A stretch of 64,000 nt of DNA, taken from Bilabrum cf. latius (lineage: Eukaryota). The notes beneath the pieces were generated by a model, which searched no databases, was not told the origin of the DNA, and was given only the letters and a program-made list of their open reading frames with translations. The stretch covers positions 186,001 to 250,000 of the forward strand of contig OZ237776.1 in assembly GCA_965178125.1 (NCBI GenBank), read 5' to 3'. Shown here in pieces: positions 40,225-51,526 of this stretch; position 1 is the first letter of the stretch; each line of letters begins with the position of its first letter. The position numbers and the translations under genes were made by a program.

Positions 40225-43200
40225 TCACGCCACACGATCAGATTTCAAGGTCGCGCTCGCCATGTCATGGACCTCAGCGGCGCTCGCAGGTTTCCCAAGC
40301 ACATCATCGAGTCCTGCCGCCACAAATTCATCGGCTTCAGGGCCTGCAGCATCCCCCGTCAGGCCCACAATCACAAACCGAGACCCGAACTCTCCACGGA
40401 TCGTACGCGTCGCCTCCACGCCGTCCATCACTGGCATCGACTTGTCCATCGTGATCAGGCCCAGGCACTCAACCTCCGGCCCCGCCTCCATGGCCCGGGC
40501 CCGACACGCCTCCACTGCCTCCTGCCCGTCCTTGGCCTGGTGCACGGTGTATCCGAGCCTGCGCATGCCCCTGGCTAGCAGCTTCCTGTTGGTGGGCACG
40601 TCGTCCACGATGAGGCACCACGCCTTGAGGGCGTCAAGGGGCGAGGGGGCTGGTGCACCACCGTGCGATGCAGCTAAGCTTTTCGCACGCAGCGGGCTGC
40701 CCCTTGATGAGGTCCCAGTCACACCCACAGCTTCAGCCCCATCACTCCTTGCCCTGGCTTCAGCCCCAGCGCCAGTCGCAGTCACAGCAGCCGAAACAGC
40801 ACCGGTCATAGCACCAGTCACAACCCCCTGCCTACCACCTGGACTGTTCCTGTCCATCCCACTCCAGGTTGCCTTGGTGAACACGAATGACCCTGCGTTC
40901 TAACTGCTACCAGGGGCCACAGCTGCACAGCCAATGCCGCTGCTACCATCGCCAGCCGCACTATCATCACAACCACCGCCAGCATCCTCTTCACCACCAC
41001 GCGTTGTAGCCGGCCCTGATCTGCTCAGTCCCACGTGTTCATCGAGCTCATTGATGTTGCGGCAAGACACGGCGGTGTGCGATTGACCCTGTCTATCGGT
41101 TGACTCAGGAGCATCTGCCTCGAATTCAAACGTGAACACGCTGCCCTTGCCCTCTCCATCGCTCGATGCCACCAAATCGCCCCCCATCTGACGAGCGATC
41201 CCGCGGGAGATGTACAGGCCTAGACCGGAAGAAGAGCCCGAGTGCTCTATGCCGTGTCTGGTGCGAGTGTACGGATCGAACAGTGTTTCCATAGCCATCT
41301 GGCTGATACCCCGGCCGGTATCGGAGACCGATATTCGAATGCGATAAGTAATACGATCTTCTGAACCCGTGTCGCGGGCCTGATTCTCACTGTCCTGTGT
41401 TCGGTCTTTGGGCCGGGCGTGGGTTGAGCCAGGAGCACCGCTGCTGGTGCGCATCGCGCTGCTGCTGCTGCTCCGCAATGGCGCCTGCGCTTGCCGCTGG
41501 AATCCAATGCCACTACTCAAAGCGAGTGGGTCGAAGGAGGATCCCTTGGAGGGAGATCCGTCGTAGGAGGATCCGGAGGAGGAGTGAGGAAGGGCGACAG
41601 CGGCAGCAGGAGCAGCGGAAGCTGCGTTGCCATCGTTGACATTGTCAGCGTCCTTTTCCTTGCCAACCAACCCACGGCTGTCATGCCCCGCACGCGACGA
41701 TGTGGTAAACGCCACATGATTGCCTTGCATGCGCCTGGCTGTGGCCTCCACCGTAATCCTGCCTTCCTTACGGTCGGTGAATTTGCGCGCGTTGCTGATC
41801 AGATGAGCCAGCACCTGATGCACCCTCTTGCTATCCCCACGCACGGTCGAAGGGAGGCCGAGCCGCACCACTAGCTGCACGGGGCAGCCCCCTTGGGACT
41901 ATAGGGAAACTTCGGCGGCGTTTGAGCGAGCTCGCTTTGCTGCCAGCGGTGCGGCTGCCCCCCTCGGTGACTCGGGTGGTGCGGTGGCTCCCCGGAGCAC
42001 TTGCATCAGGTCGAAGGGTTCATCCCTTAGCCTGAGCCTGCCCTGCTCGATGCGCTGGGCCTCTAGTACGTCGTCGAAGATGCACTGCAGTCCCTTGCAC
42101 CCTTCCTGCTGGGACCGGAGCACGTCCAATGCCTCTCTAACCTCTGCTCCGAGCCGACCCAGAGCGCGCACCATGTCTCGGTGGAATCGCCTCGTGGTTG
42201 TCTCTGTATCTTCTGGCTTGAGCCGGGTTATGGGATGCTGCCCGGAGGCTTCTTCCAAAGGACCTGCAGGGTGTCGAGGACTTTTGCTGCTGCTTCTGCT
42301 GCTTGAATTGTGACCGGAGGCGCCGTCGCCCGTGAAGCCGAGTTGCGTGCGACCGCCTGTTCCGGGGACGAACGCACGCGCCAGAATCGGATCCCAAGCC
42401 ACGGTTTCTTTTACTATGAGCTGCTAAATGCTGCCACATTTGGCCTCAATGGATGGAAGTCCCTCCTTCAGCTCCTGCACCGACAGCGACACCGCCTGAA
42501 GAGGCACCCGGGCCTCGTGGAAGATGTACCTGGTGAACTGCTGGATGGTGCTGAGGCGGGCATCAGCGGCTTCTCGCTTCCACTTCTGCGACTCGGCGGC
42601 TTGTCTTGCTATAATCACGATGTCACCGATGGCAACAGCTAGAGCAAGGGCGACTCGCAGCACGACGATACTTGCATCGAATGCAAGAAGCATCCACTCA
42701 GCCGCTGCTACTGAGAGACCCCAGTACCGCTTGCCGTAGTACTATACTGGATACAGTACGCTGGAGGCTATGGCTGCCATGAGGAGCCACTGGGGGATTG
42801 TAATATCACTCAGGTGAGTTGCCCGTTTGAAGCATCCTTCGCCTTGGTCTGAGGCAGTGACCTGAGCACCTGCATCTGCGAGCTGCACAATCCGGCTAAG
42901 CTGCCCCTAACCTTGGGGATGTATCGCAGTCGCGTCCAGATTCGACGGCATGCATTTCGCTGGAGGCCCAGGCGATGCACCGTCGATGCCTCCTTCTAGC
43001 GGCAATCGGCTGCATCGTTGCTCCACCGCAAGAAGCCATCCATCCACAATTCCATCCAGGGGCCCCTTAAATGTTTCAAGAAATATTAAGGCGCCGAAGA
43101 TGCATTGGAAAGCGAGGGACAGTATCATTCCTGAAGCACCGACTGCCGGAGTCCAGGCCACCACAACTGATAGCGTCGCGAGGCCGAACACTGCTATGCA

Positions 43201-43748
43201 AGCACACCACATGCGTCGCTTCCTCATCACAGTCGCAACCTGGGCATCAATAAATATGCCTAGTAGGAATGCTGTGTTGACATACTGTCTGATTCTTGAA
43301 AGGTATGCATACTCCACGAACACCTCGGTCGATAAGTTGAGGCAAAGTGCTGCCATTGATAATCCGACCTGCGATGCGACCGTCAGCAAGTAGTAATACT
43401 TAGGAGCATGTTTCATTAGTTTCTTGGTTTCAATCACTTCCTGGCGGTAGTACTTACTACAAAGCATGATGCAAAATCAGCTGCGAACAAAAACTTCGCC
43501 ACCACAGAGCTGTGCGCCAGTATACCATAAACGAAGGGTATGGATGCAACAAACATTGCGCTTGCTAGAGCTAATCTAAGCTGGAGCACTCCCGACTGAG
43601 AGTTCTATGGCTTGCATCGCAGTGCAGGTTGACTTCGGAATGCACCGTGACTGTTGTCGCAGTGTCCCATATCCACGCATACGAGAACCGCACATACTAG
43701 ACACACAGCTATTATCAATAAATACGATGTCATTTGAACCGAAGTCAT
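40225..43748 (-). CDS. Hybrid histidine kinase 4; intron 43369-43457
   Basis: Exon 1 MTSVQMTSYLLII...ADFASCFV is followed by gtaagt; in-frame TAGs only; ends at TGA 40225. N-box variant HQVLAHLISNARKFT. Confidence 0.85.
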
Positions 43749-43917
43749 GGAGGACTCGGCGAAGGCATACGTAACGTATAAATGTGACAGTATATGCGGA
43801 AGCAGCAGTCGTGGCCAATTATGTTCCGTGACATGAATGCGCGGCGCCTACGTCACTCACCAAAGTGGCAGTGTACAAGCCTTGATCCTTAGGCAGAGGA
43901 GTATATTGGCGCGATCA

Positions 43918-46900
43918 ATGTTGTTTGTTTCCAAAGGAGAGTTAGTACTCTACTTTGGAACCATTGCAGTTTCGTTGACACTCCTTGGTATCTCGCTCGT
44001 CGACGGGATTCGGTGTTCAGACGATCAGCCTGAATGCTCTAGTCCGGCAGAGTTCTCCATCTCAAGTGTTCAAACTGCGACAGCATTTGGCATGCATGCC
44101 TGCTTTGCCATTGCTGGCTGCATGTTGGAACCGAACCCAAGGACCCTGCTGTACCTTTCCACCGTCGCCGCCACTGATGCAACTGTGAGTTCAAGACTGG
44201 AGCGAGGGACTTCTGCGCCCTTCAACTTGCATCCCAAAAAACGAACATGTTTTGTACGCCCTCGCTACGCAGATGTTTGCGGCGTCGGTCTTTTTAGAGC
44301 TGCATCGTAGCGGTACGGTTCAGAGTTTTGGTGTTCCAGTGAATCGGTAGCGGATGCTTTTTGGTGCGGCATCAGCCTTGGCAGTAGTAAACGATAGCTA
44401 GCTGATATTCCAAATGCGGTATAACCGAATGCTTGCAACCGCTGCATGGCTAGCCGTCCTGTGTGGTGTAGTCATAGCCAGCTTGTACGTCTCGGCACTG
44501 GCTGGAAACATTGCTCTTGTGTTCATTCAATGGACTTCCTAGGCCGCTTTTACAGTAGTATTGGTATCAGAGGTACTTCGTGGCAGCGTCGACCGCGCTT
44601 TATCTTGCTGCTTCGATTGTAACCTGGAGCAGCAGACGACCCCGGAGCGTAGGCAGAATGCCCCGGGACCTCCCGGCATGGACAATAAGCCTGGCAGTGG
44701 GAGTGGTCGATTAAAGGGGAATGATCCGTACCCAAGTTTGTTGACGAGCGATACTCGCCAGCTTCTCCTCCTGGATGACCGGCCTCTGCAACCACACAGG
44801 ATGCCCCAAAGCAGCCCCGCAATTGATGGAGAGGAGGACAAGCCTGAGGAGAGGAGCGGGTGCCGACGCGTCACTCCCATCAGCGCCCTAGCCCTCGTTG
44901 CACTCGCAGGCGGTCTTTCATACTCGATCGAGTTCTACGGGCGCCGATTCCTCGGCCTCTCCGTCGAGTCGGGCGCCTACGTCCTCCTCGTGTCGGATGT
45001 GCTAATCGTGCTCTTGCGGTATGTCACCTCAATCGCGATCCTGCACAACGACCTGGTTCTCGTGGCCAAGCAGGCTGCCGAGTCGCAGAAGTGGAAGCGA
45101 GAAGCCGCCGATGCCCGCCTCAGCACCATCCAGCAGTTCACCAGGTACATCTTCCACGAGGCCCGGGTGCCTCTTCAGGCGGTGTCACTGTCGGTGCAGG
45201 AGCTGCAGGAGAGCCTCAAGGAGATCAACCAAGAGGCGATTGAGCTCAAACGAATCGCCAAAGAACACCGCAGAGAACAGCGAAGGGAGCGGAATCGGGC
45301 GACCGACCTCACCGAGGCACAGGAGCAGGAGCAGGAGCAGGAGCTTGAGCAAACAGGAGCAGGGGCAAACACAGGATGGGCAAGACCAGGAGCAAACGCT
45401 GCATCTGCACAAGCGATTGAATCGCCGGAGATGTCGGAAAGTGCCATTCGGCGAGAAATCGCCGAGCTCCTGTAGGAGGTGACCGAGGCACGTGACGTGC
45501 TCCGGTCCCAGCAGGAAGGGTGCAAGGGACTGCAGTGCATCTTCGACGACGTGCTCGAGGCCCAGCGCATCGAGCAGGGCAGGCTCAGGCTAAGGGACGA
45601 GGTGGTGGACGTGGCGCAGGTGCTGCAAGACATCGTGTCCACGTTCCGACGTACAGCTGAGAAGCGAGGCGTGAATCTTCGGGCGGATGCTGCGCAAGAC
45701 GTGCCTGGCCACATCCGCGGGGACCCCGTGCGAATCAAGCAGGTGCTTGCCAATTTGGTGTCGAACGCGCTCAAGTTTACTCCCAAAGGTGGGGCTGTCC
45801 ATGTCCACGGCAGGATATCAGAGGTCCAGACCATGTGGGCAGCCACAGGTGCAGGTGCAATCACAGATGCGGGAACAGATGCGGGAATGGGTGGCTCTGC
45901 ATTAGCGGACGTTGTTGTTGGAAGGGATATGGCCGGTAAATAGGACTAGCATGGGCGTGATGGAGCTGACAATGACGTCATTGTGCTCGCTCATCCAGGT
46001 GATGCAGGTGCAGACACGGCCGGTATGGGACCAGCCGGTGAGGCTGATGCACGTGTAGAAGCCGAAGGCAGTATAGGCACTAGCCGGGGACTGCTGGGAC
46101 CCGCGCGTGAAGCATCGCCTGCATTTCCCAAGCCCAATCTCAAGCCCTCACCCCAATCGAGGGCATCTGTGGGAACTGCGCACTCGTCATACCGCAGCAC
46201 CTCCAAGATAGTCCCAGTCATCGGTTCCGGAGGGTCGTCTGTCGCTAGCTCAGTCTCCTCTTCATAGAAAGGCAAGACCAGCAGAACTGCTTGGGCGGGC
46301 CGCCAGGCAGCCGATGCCACTGCTGACTTGGCTGCCGGCAGTCCACACGGCAAGGCACGCACTGCAGACCGAGTCCACTCTGCTGCCCACAGCGGCGATC
46401 TCCTCGGAGGTGCCCTGCGAGAAATATCGCCCCATGGTAAAGGTAAAAGTGGGGGACGATATCGGTCAAGCAGCACTGGCAACGGCGGCGTTGTCTCGCC
46501 CGCAGGCCAAGCACCGGTGCCTGCCGCTGACGACACCGGTGGTGAGTCGGAGGGATAGACGGCCATCGCAGCGGGCACCGAGGTGGCCTTCCGGCTCGTC
46601 TTTGAGGTAACCGACACCGGCTGCGGCATTTCACAAGACGATATCAACCAGCTCTTCACGCCCTACAAGCAGACCAGGCACGGCGTGGAATACACGGGCT
46701 CTTCCTCCGGTCTGGGCTTGTACATCTCCCGCGGGATCGCTCGTCAGATGGGCGGCGATCTGGTGGCATCGAGCGAGGGAGAGGGCAAGGGCAGCGTGTT
46801 CACGTTCGAGTTCGAGGCGATGCCTGCCCCCGCACCACGATCGAGTCGGCTGAGCGCCTCCTCTGACGGTTCGTTCCTGACGGACGCTGGTCTCTCTGGC

Positions 46901-47806
46901 TCGCTGGTCTTCTCCGTACCGGCGGGGGATGCAAGCAAGGTGGACTTGAATGAAGGCTCGGCAGTGTTCCCAGATGCTGTTGGGACCCAGCTGGGTACAA
47001 GCACTACTGCGGGGCTGTTTCCCGGCTTGGATCCTGCGGCTGGAAGCGGAAGCAGGGCGAGAGGTTCGACTGCCAGTCACGGGGGTACCGTCAGTCACGC
47101 GCGGGATGATGTTAGCGGTGCAGCTCGCGGTGGTGCAACCATTTGCGATACCAACAAGCTCGTCGCTTCAACCCTGGATTCGGAAGTCCAAGACAACGAC
47201 ACAGAGACCTCCCCTTCAGCAGCAGGTGCGGATGCAGCGGCAGCATCCGGGACTACAAAGCGGAGGAGGGTCGTAAAACGGAGCAGGAAGGGAGGCGCGA
47301 GTGGTCCCGATGAACGTGTGCTAGGAACCATGCATGCCGATGGTGGTGAGCCTGGTGGGGGGGCGGGTGCATCGCACGGTGGTGCACCAGCCCCCTCGCC
47401 CCTTGATGCCCTCAAGGCGTGGTGCCTCATCGTGGACGACGTGCCCACCAACAGGAAGCTGCTCGCCAGGGGCATGCGCAGGCTCGGATACACCGTGCAC
47501 CAGGCCAAGGACGGGCAGAAGGCAGTTGAGGCGTGCCGGGCCCGGGCCATGGAGGCGGGGCCGGGGTTGGAGTGCCTGGGCCTGATCACGATGGACAAGT
47601 CGATGCCAGTGATGGACGGCGTGGAGGCGACGCGGTCGATCCGTGTTGAATTCGGGTCTCGGTTTGTGATTGTTGGCCTGACGGGGGATGCTTTGGGCGA
47701 GGACTTGGAGGCGTTCAGGGCCGAGGGGTTGGACGCGGTGCTGGGCAAGCCTGCTGGGGCGAACGAAGTCCAGCAGAAAGTCAATCGCGTGAACAACCCA
47801 GAATGA
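43918..47806 (+). CDS. Hybrid histidine kinase 5; intron 44185-44272
   Basis: 8 in-frame TAG (44348, 44399, 44540, 45473, 45941, 45947, 46265, 46556); ends at TGA. All HK and REC motifs are present. Confidence 0.88.
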
Positions 47807-47929
47807 ATTTATGTGAGTATGCGAACTTAGTTTCTCTGCCATCCCAAGTTCTTGTGGAGACCATGGGAATTGCGGAACCTCGTGAAGCGCGCGGCGACCA
47901 GGCGCAATCATTAGAAAATCTACGAAGCT

Positions 47930-48790
47930 ATGGCCGAGGCTTTGACTAGTACCGTTATGCCGACGTAGCTTCTCTCATTCTTGTTTGTATTTACTCTGCT
48001 TATATCTTTCGGCAGCATCTTGGTTGTCCTTGCCATTCTCGATGCAATCAACTGCACGACTCACGAGACGACGTGCGTGTCTGAACATGAGATTCCTTTG
48101 CGGTGGTTGCGACAAGTAGTTGCGTCATCAATTTTCGTGCATGCTTGCGTGTATGCATACGGGATGTACGCATGGCAAGGCGCCGTAGTGAAGTGTTTCT
48201 TTGGAGCCGCGGTGTGCATTGATGTTGCGGTAAGTCTTTACTCAGAGCAAGATGTTTAGGGGTGATTTTCAAAACCTTACCTTCATCATTCCAATGTATT
48301 TTGGTTCAATTCATTGGCGCAGCTTGGAACGACAATGACCCTCATGGGATATGCAGTGTCGGGCGTCAACACGGTGCTCGGACAGCCATATCGAGTACAG
48401 AGATGGCTTCACAACACGGCGTCTGTCCTTGCTGTGTTCAATGATGCTTCCATCGGAGTCTAGGTTCGAAATGATCGTTTCGTTTACGCAGCGTTGGCAT
48501 GGATGGGTCTTGCGCTTTGCGTGCTGCTTTTCGCGTACGTGCGCAGCGATGCTGCACAACTGGCCAACGTGTTTGTCACGCTGCCCTTGCAAGGCTTCAT
48601 GAGCATATTGATATTATTAGAGGTATTTCGCGGGCCAATAGATGCCTCTGTCAACTCGTGCCTCCTGAATATGTGCTGGTGGCCCCAGTGGCTCAAGCAA
48701 ACCCAACCAGTTGCTGGCGAGCCTTAGCCGACAGACAGCGTGGCTTCCCCTGCCCGTATTGGCGATGGCGCTACGAAGCGAGAATCTGTT
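47930..48790 (+). pseudogene. 5' part of hybrid histidine kinase 6 (intron 48230-48322), interrupted by the virophage
   Basis: Sensor helices align with HK1-5 (VQRWLHNTASVLAVFND; PLQGFMSILILLEVFRGPID). Homology ends at the G10 run where composition switches to AT-rich. Confidence 0.8.
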
Positions 48791-49255
48791 GGGGGGGGGG
48801 ACAACAGGTGGTGGTAGGTACACCAAGCGTTGAGGACGAGGGCTACGCTACGCTCGCCCCTCCTTTAAAGGCATATTTAGCAACTCAAGTGTTTTCCCTA
48901 TAAACCTAGATGATTTCCCAAGGGGTTCCCCAAGAACCCCTATAGAACCCCTCTATGTACCCATTTTCAGATATAAAATTTACTCCTACGAAGTAGGGGT
49001 AAATTGAAGAATTCTAATCTTTATCCCCCTTATAAACTCTAACAGCAAAGACAGAGATGTTTTAGTAAAGTAGGAAAAAATGAAGAAATTAACCAAGTGT
49101 CAAAAACCTCTCTGTGTTTGCTGTAGGAACGAAAGGATGAATTCCCAAGAGACCAAGAGACCAACCGAGGATTTTCCCAAGAGAACAAGGTATTTTATCA
49201 AGAGAACAAGGTAGTTACACCAAGCGACAAACCGATGAACCGACCGATGAACCGA

Positions 49256-49326
49256 CCAAGGATTTCCCAAGGATTTCCCAAGGATTTCCCAAGGATTTCC
49301 CAAGGATTTCCCAAGGATTTCCCAAG
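49256..49326. repeat. 11-bp tandem repeat ccaaggatttc, about 6 copies, in the putative left terminal repeat
   Basis: Directly visible; related (t)ttcccaag words are scattered over 48913-49915. Confidence 0.9.
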
Positions 49327-49408
49327 CGACTAAATTGTTCTCCGAAGCAACCAAACCGATTACCCAAGAGATGATACATTATAAGGAAAACGAAAACAAA
49401 TTATAATT

Positions 49409-49904
49409 GTATTTTAAGTCCCTTTGGAAAAGTCCCCCAAAAATTGAGAGATTTGACAGGTCAATTATAAGAGACTTAGAAAGAATAAATATATTTTCCA
49501 ATTAAAATTAAATGTTATAATTCCAATGATGCCACCATAAAAATTAAAAGGAAAACGAAAACGTATTTTAAGTCCCTTTCGAAAAGTCCCCAAAAAACTT
49601 GTCAATTTTACAGGTCAATTATAAGAGACTTAGAAAAAATAAATTAAGTTCCCAAGATGCTCGGGCTTTGCCCTCCGCTCTTTTGATATCTTTTTCAAAG
49701 ATTAAAATTAAATGTTGTAATTCCTATGATGCCACCATAAAAATTAAAAGGAAAATAAAAAACAAATTATAATTGTTTTCCAATTAAAAACACAAAAATT
49801 GATTGAAAAATTTTGACAATATAGGATACAAAGAAATATTAAAATTAATTTTCCAAGATGCTCGGGCTTTGCCCTCCGCTCTTTTGATATCTTTTTCAAA
49901 GATT
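49409..49904. repeat. Interleaved 50-90 bp direct repeats in the non-coding left end
   Basis: Pairs: 49409-49490 vs 49563-49645; 49501-49555 vs 49701-49755; 49652-49703 vs 49853-49904. Confidence 0.85.
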
Positions 49905-49953
49905 GGATTTCCCAAGAGATGATAATTTAAGCCATTCTATATCACTATAGTAA

Positions 49954-50067
49954 ATGAACCCATTTTTAAAGGAGTTGATGATAGAGCATATTGTCAAGCA
50001 AATTAATCCACGTATTTGGAAAAAATTACACGAAAAACTAAAGGAATACAAGAAGCTCGGGCTTTGA
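49954..50067 (+). CDS. 37-aa virophage hypothetical peptide
   Basis: ATG is directly preceded by CTATAGTAA like other genes of the element; ends at TGA. Confidence 0.45.
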   Translation: MNPFLKELMIEHIVKQINPRIWKKLHEKLKEYKKLGL

Positions 50068-50098
50068 TATAAGTAGAAGACTATACTATAAAGTACTT

Positions 50099-50383
50099 AT
50101 GAAGCCACATACCTACGATTTTGAAAAGGTTGTTGAAAATTTTCAATTTAAAGCACCCTCAAGACGCAAGAATAAGAAGTATGATGTTTTTGACGAAAAT
50201 GATGAATATATTACATCGTTTGGTGATAGGCGGTATTAGCAATTTTACGATAGAATAGGGTATTACAGCCATTTAAATCATTTAGATACGGACCGCCAAT
50301 TTAGATACTTCAAACGACACGGTATCGAAGTAAAACCAAGAACCCCAAAGTTCTTCTCACATTTTTACCTTTGGAGTTCATAA
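50099..50383 (+). CDS. 94-aa small conserved viral protein (DUF5754-like, from recall)
   Basis: SRRKNKKYDV...SFGDRRY[TAG]QFYD...H.D...RH...FFSHFYLW; one TAG at 50237; ends at TAA. Confidence 0.75.
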
Positions 50384-50443
50384 ATGACACCATTTTAACA
50401 GCAAGAAGCATCAGAATTTTATGGGGACTTAATATCATCTTTA

Positions 50444-50755
50444 TTATTTAGATACATTACCGATTATCTCTTTGATTTCGTCTTTGTTAAGAATTCGTGT
50501 TTTCGCCTATTTTACAAGATACTCTACTTGCTCTTCAAATATAATGTTTTCCACCATATTTGTCAGTGATTGAATTTGTTCATGATACTTCTCAGGTTCC
50601 TTTTCAAATAATGTTATATTATAAAATAAACTCTAAATTTCCTTAATTGCTGTTTCTGATAGAACACCTTGTTTGACGTTTAAATTACATATTTTGTCTT
50701 CTATTTTATTTCTTAATCTCATACATTTATCTTGGTCTTTTGAAGTCCAACGCAT
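50444..50755 (-). CDS. 103-aa virophage hypothetical helical protein
   Basis: MRWTSKDQDK...; two TAG; ends at TAA; TATAGAA upstream. Confidence 0.65.
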
Positions 50756-50797
50756 TATTTCTATAAAGTGATATAATAATATTTAATGTATGCCCGT

Positions 50798-51352
50798 TTA
50801 TATTTCCTGTATATCATTAAGATGATACGTCAATAAATACACTAATTCATCAGGATTTAATGTATGTTTCTTACAAACCTTATCCACCCACTTTTTATAC
50901 TAATTAGCGTTTTTCGCTCTATTCCAAAGACGAACTATACAATGTCTCCCGCAGGTTGCTATATCCATTCCATCCGCCTAAAACTAATATGGGTTATAGT
51001 CAATCTTATACGGAGAATGATACATTAAATAAATTAACTCAGGGTCTTCATAAAAACGTTTCCGCACGCTTTCACTCATTGTCTGCTATTGCCTATCAGG
51101 ACGAATTCCATAACTGTCAAAGAAGTATATTGTTTTATTACGCTTAAATAAGCACACCCAGTGTCCAGAGTTTATTTCTTCTTGATACAAAATAATGCAA
51201 CAATTACAACGGGAAAACAATCCATCAATACTATTGTACTATCCTAATTCGGTATAAGGTACAATATTTACCGACGTAGGAAGAAATCCTTTAATATTTG
51301 GTGGATTTTGGAGGAGAACACGAATATCACTATCGCTAAGAGCATAATCCAT
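50798..51352 (-). CDS. Virophage maturation cysteine protease (adenain/Ulp1 clan CE), 184 aa
   Basis: SGHWVCL (H64), YFFDSYG (D79), YNPY[TAG]F[TAG] (Q125), ATCGRHC (C134); 5 TAG; ends at TAA. Confidence 0.93.
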
Positions 51353-51526
51353 AGATTTATTATATACATATATATTGGGGGAGATGAATTCTCTTAACCA
51401 CTATTTAAGTGTAGAAGTATTTCTACAAAATCCATTTAGGAATTTGTGGAAAACAAATCGGTATTAAAAAGTCCCCAAGAAAAATTGATACATTTTCCCC
51501 AACGATACACAGACACAATTAAAAAA

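Noticed and set aside
22548-47806. Bacterial origin or contamination for the histidine kinases
   Set aside because: All six copies have a spliceosomal GT-AG intron at the same phase-0 position and share the host TAG code.
15169-47911. Many long antisense or alternate-frame ORFs over the kinase, JmjC and HK genes
   Set aside because: Shadow ORFs expected in GC-rich coding DNA; the motif-bearing frames are on the annotated strands.
49256-49326. CRISPR-like array
   Set aside because: Contiguous 11-bp units with no spacers and no cas genes, in a eukaryotic virus context.
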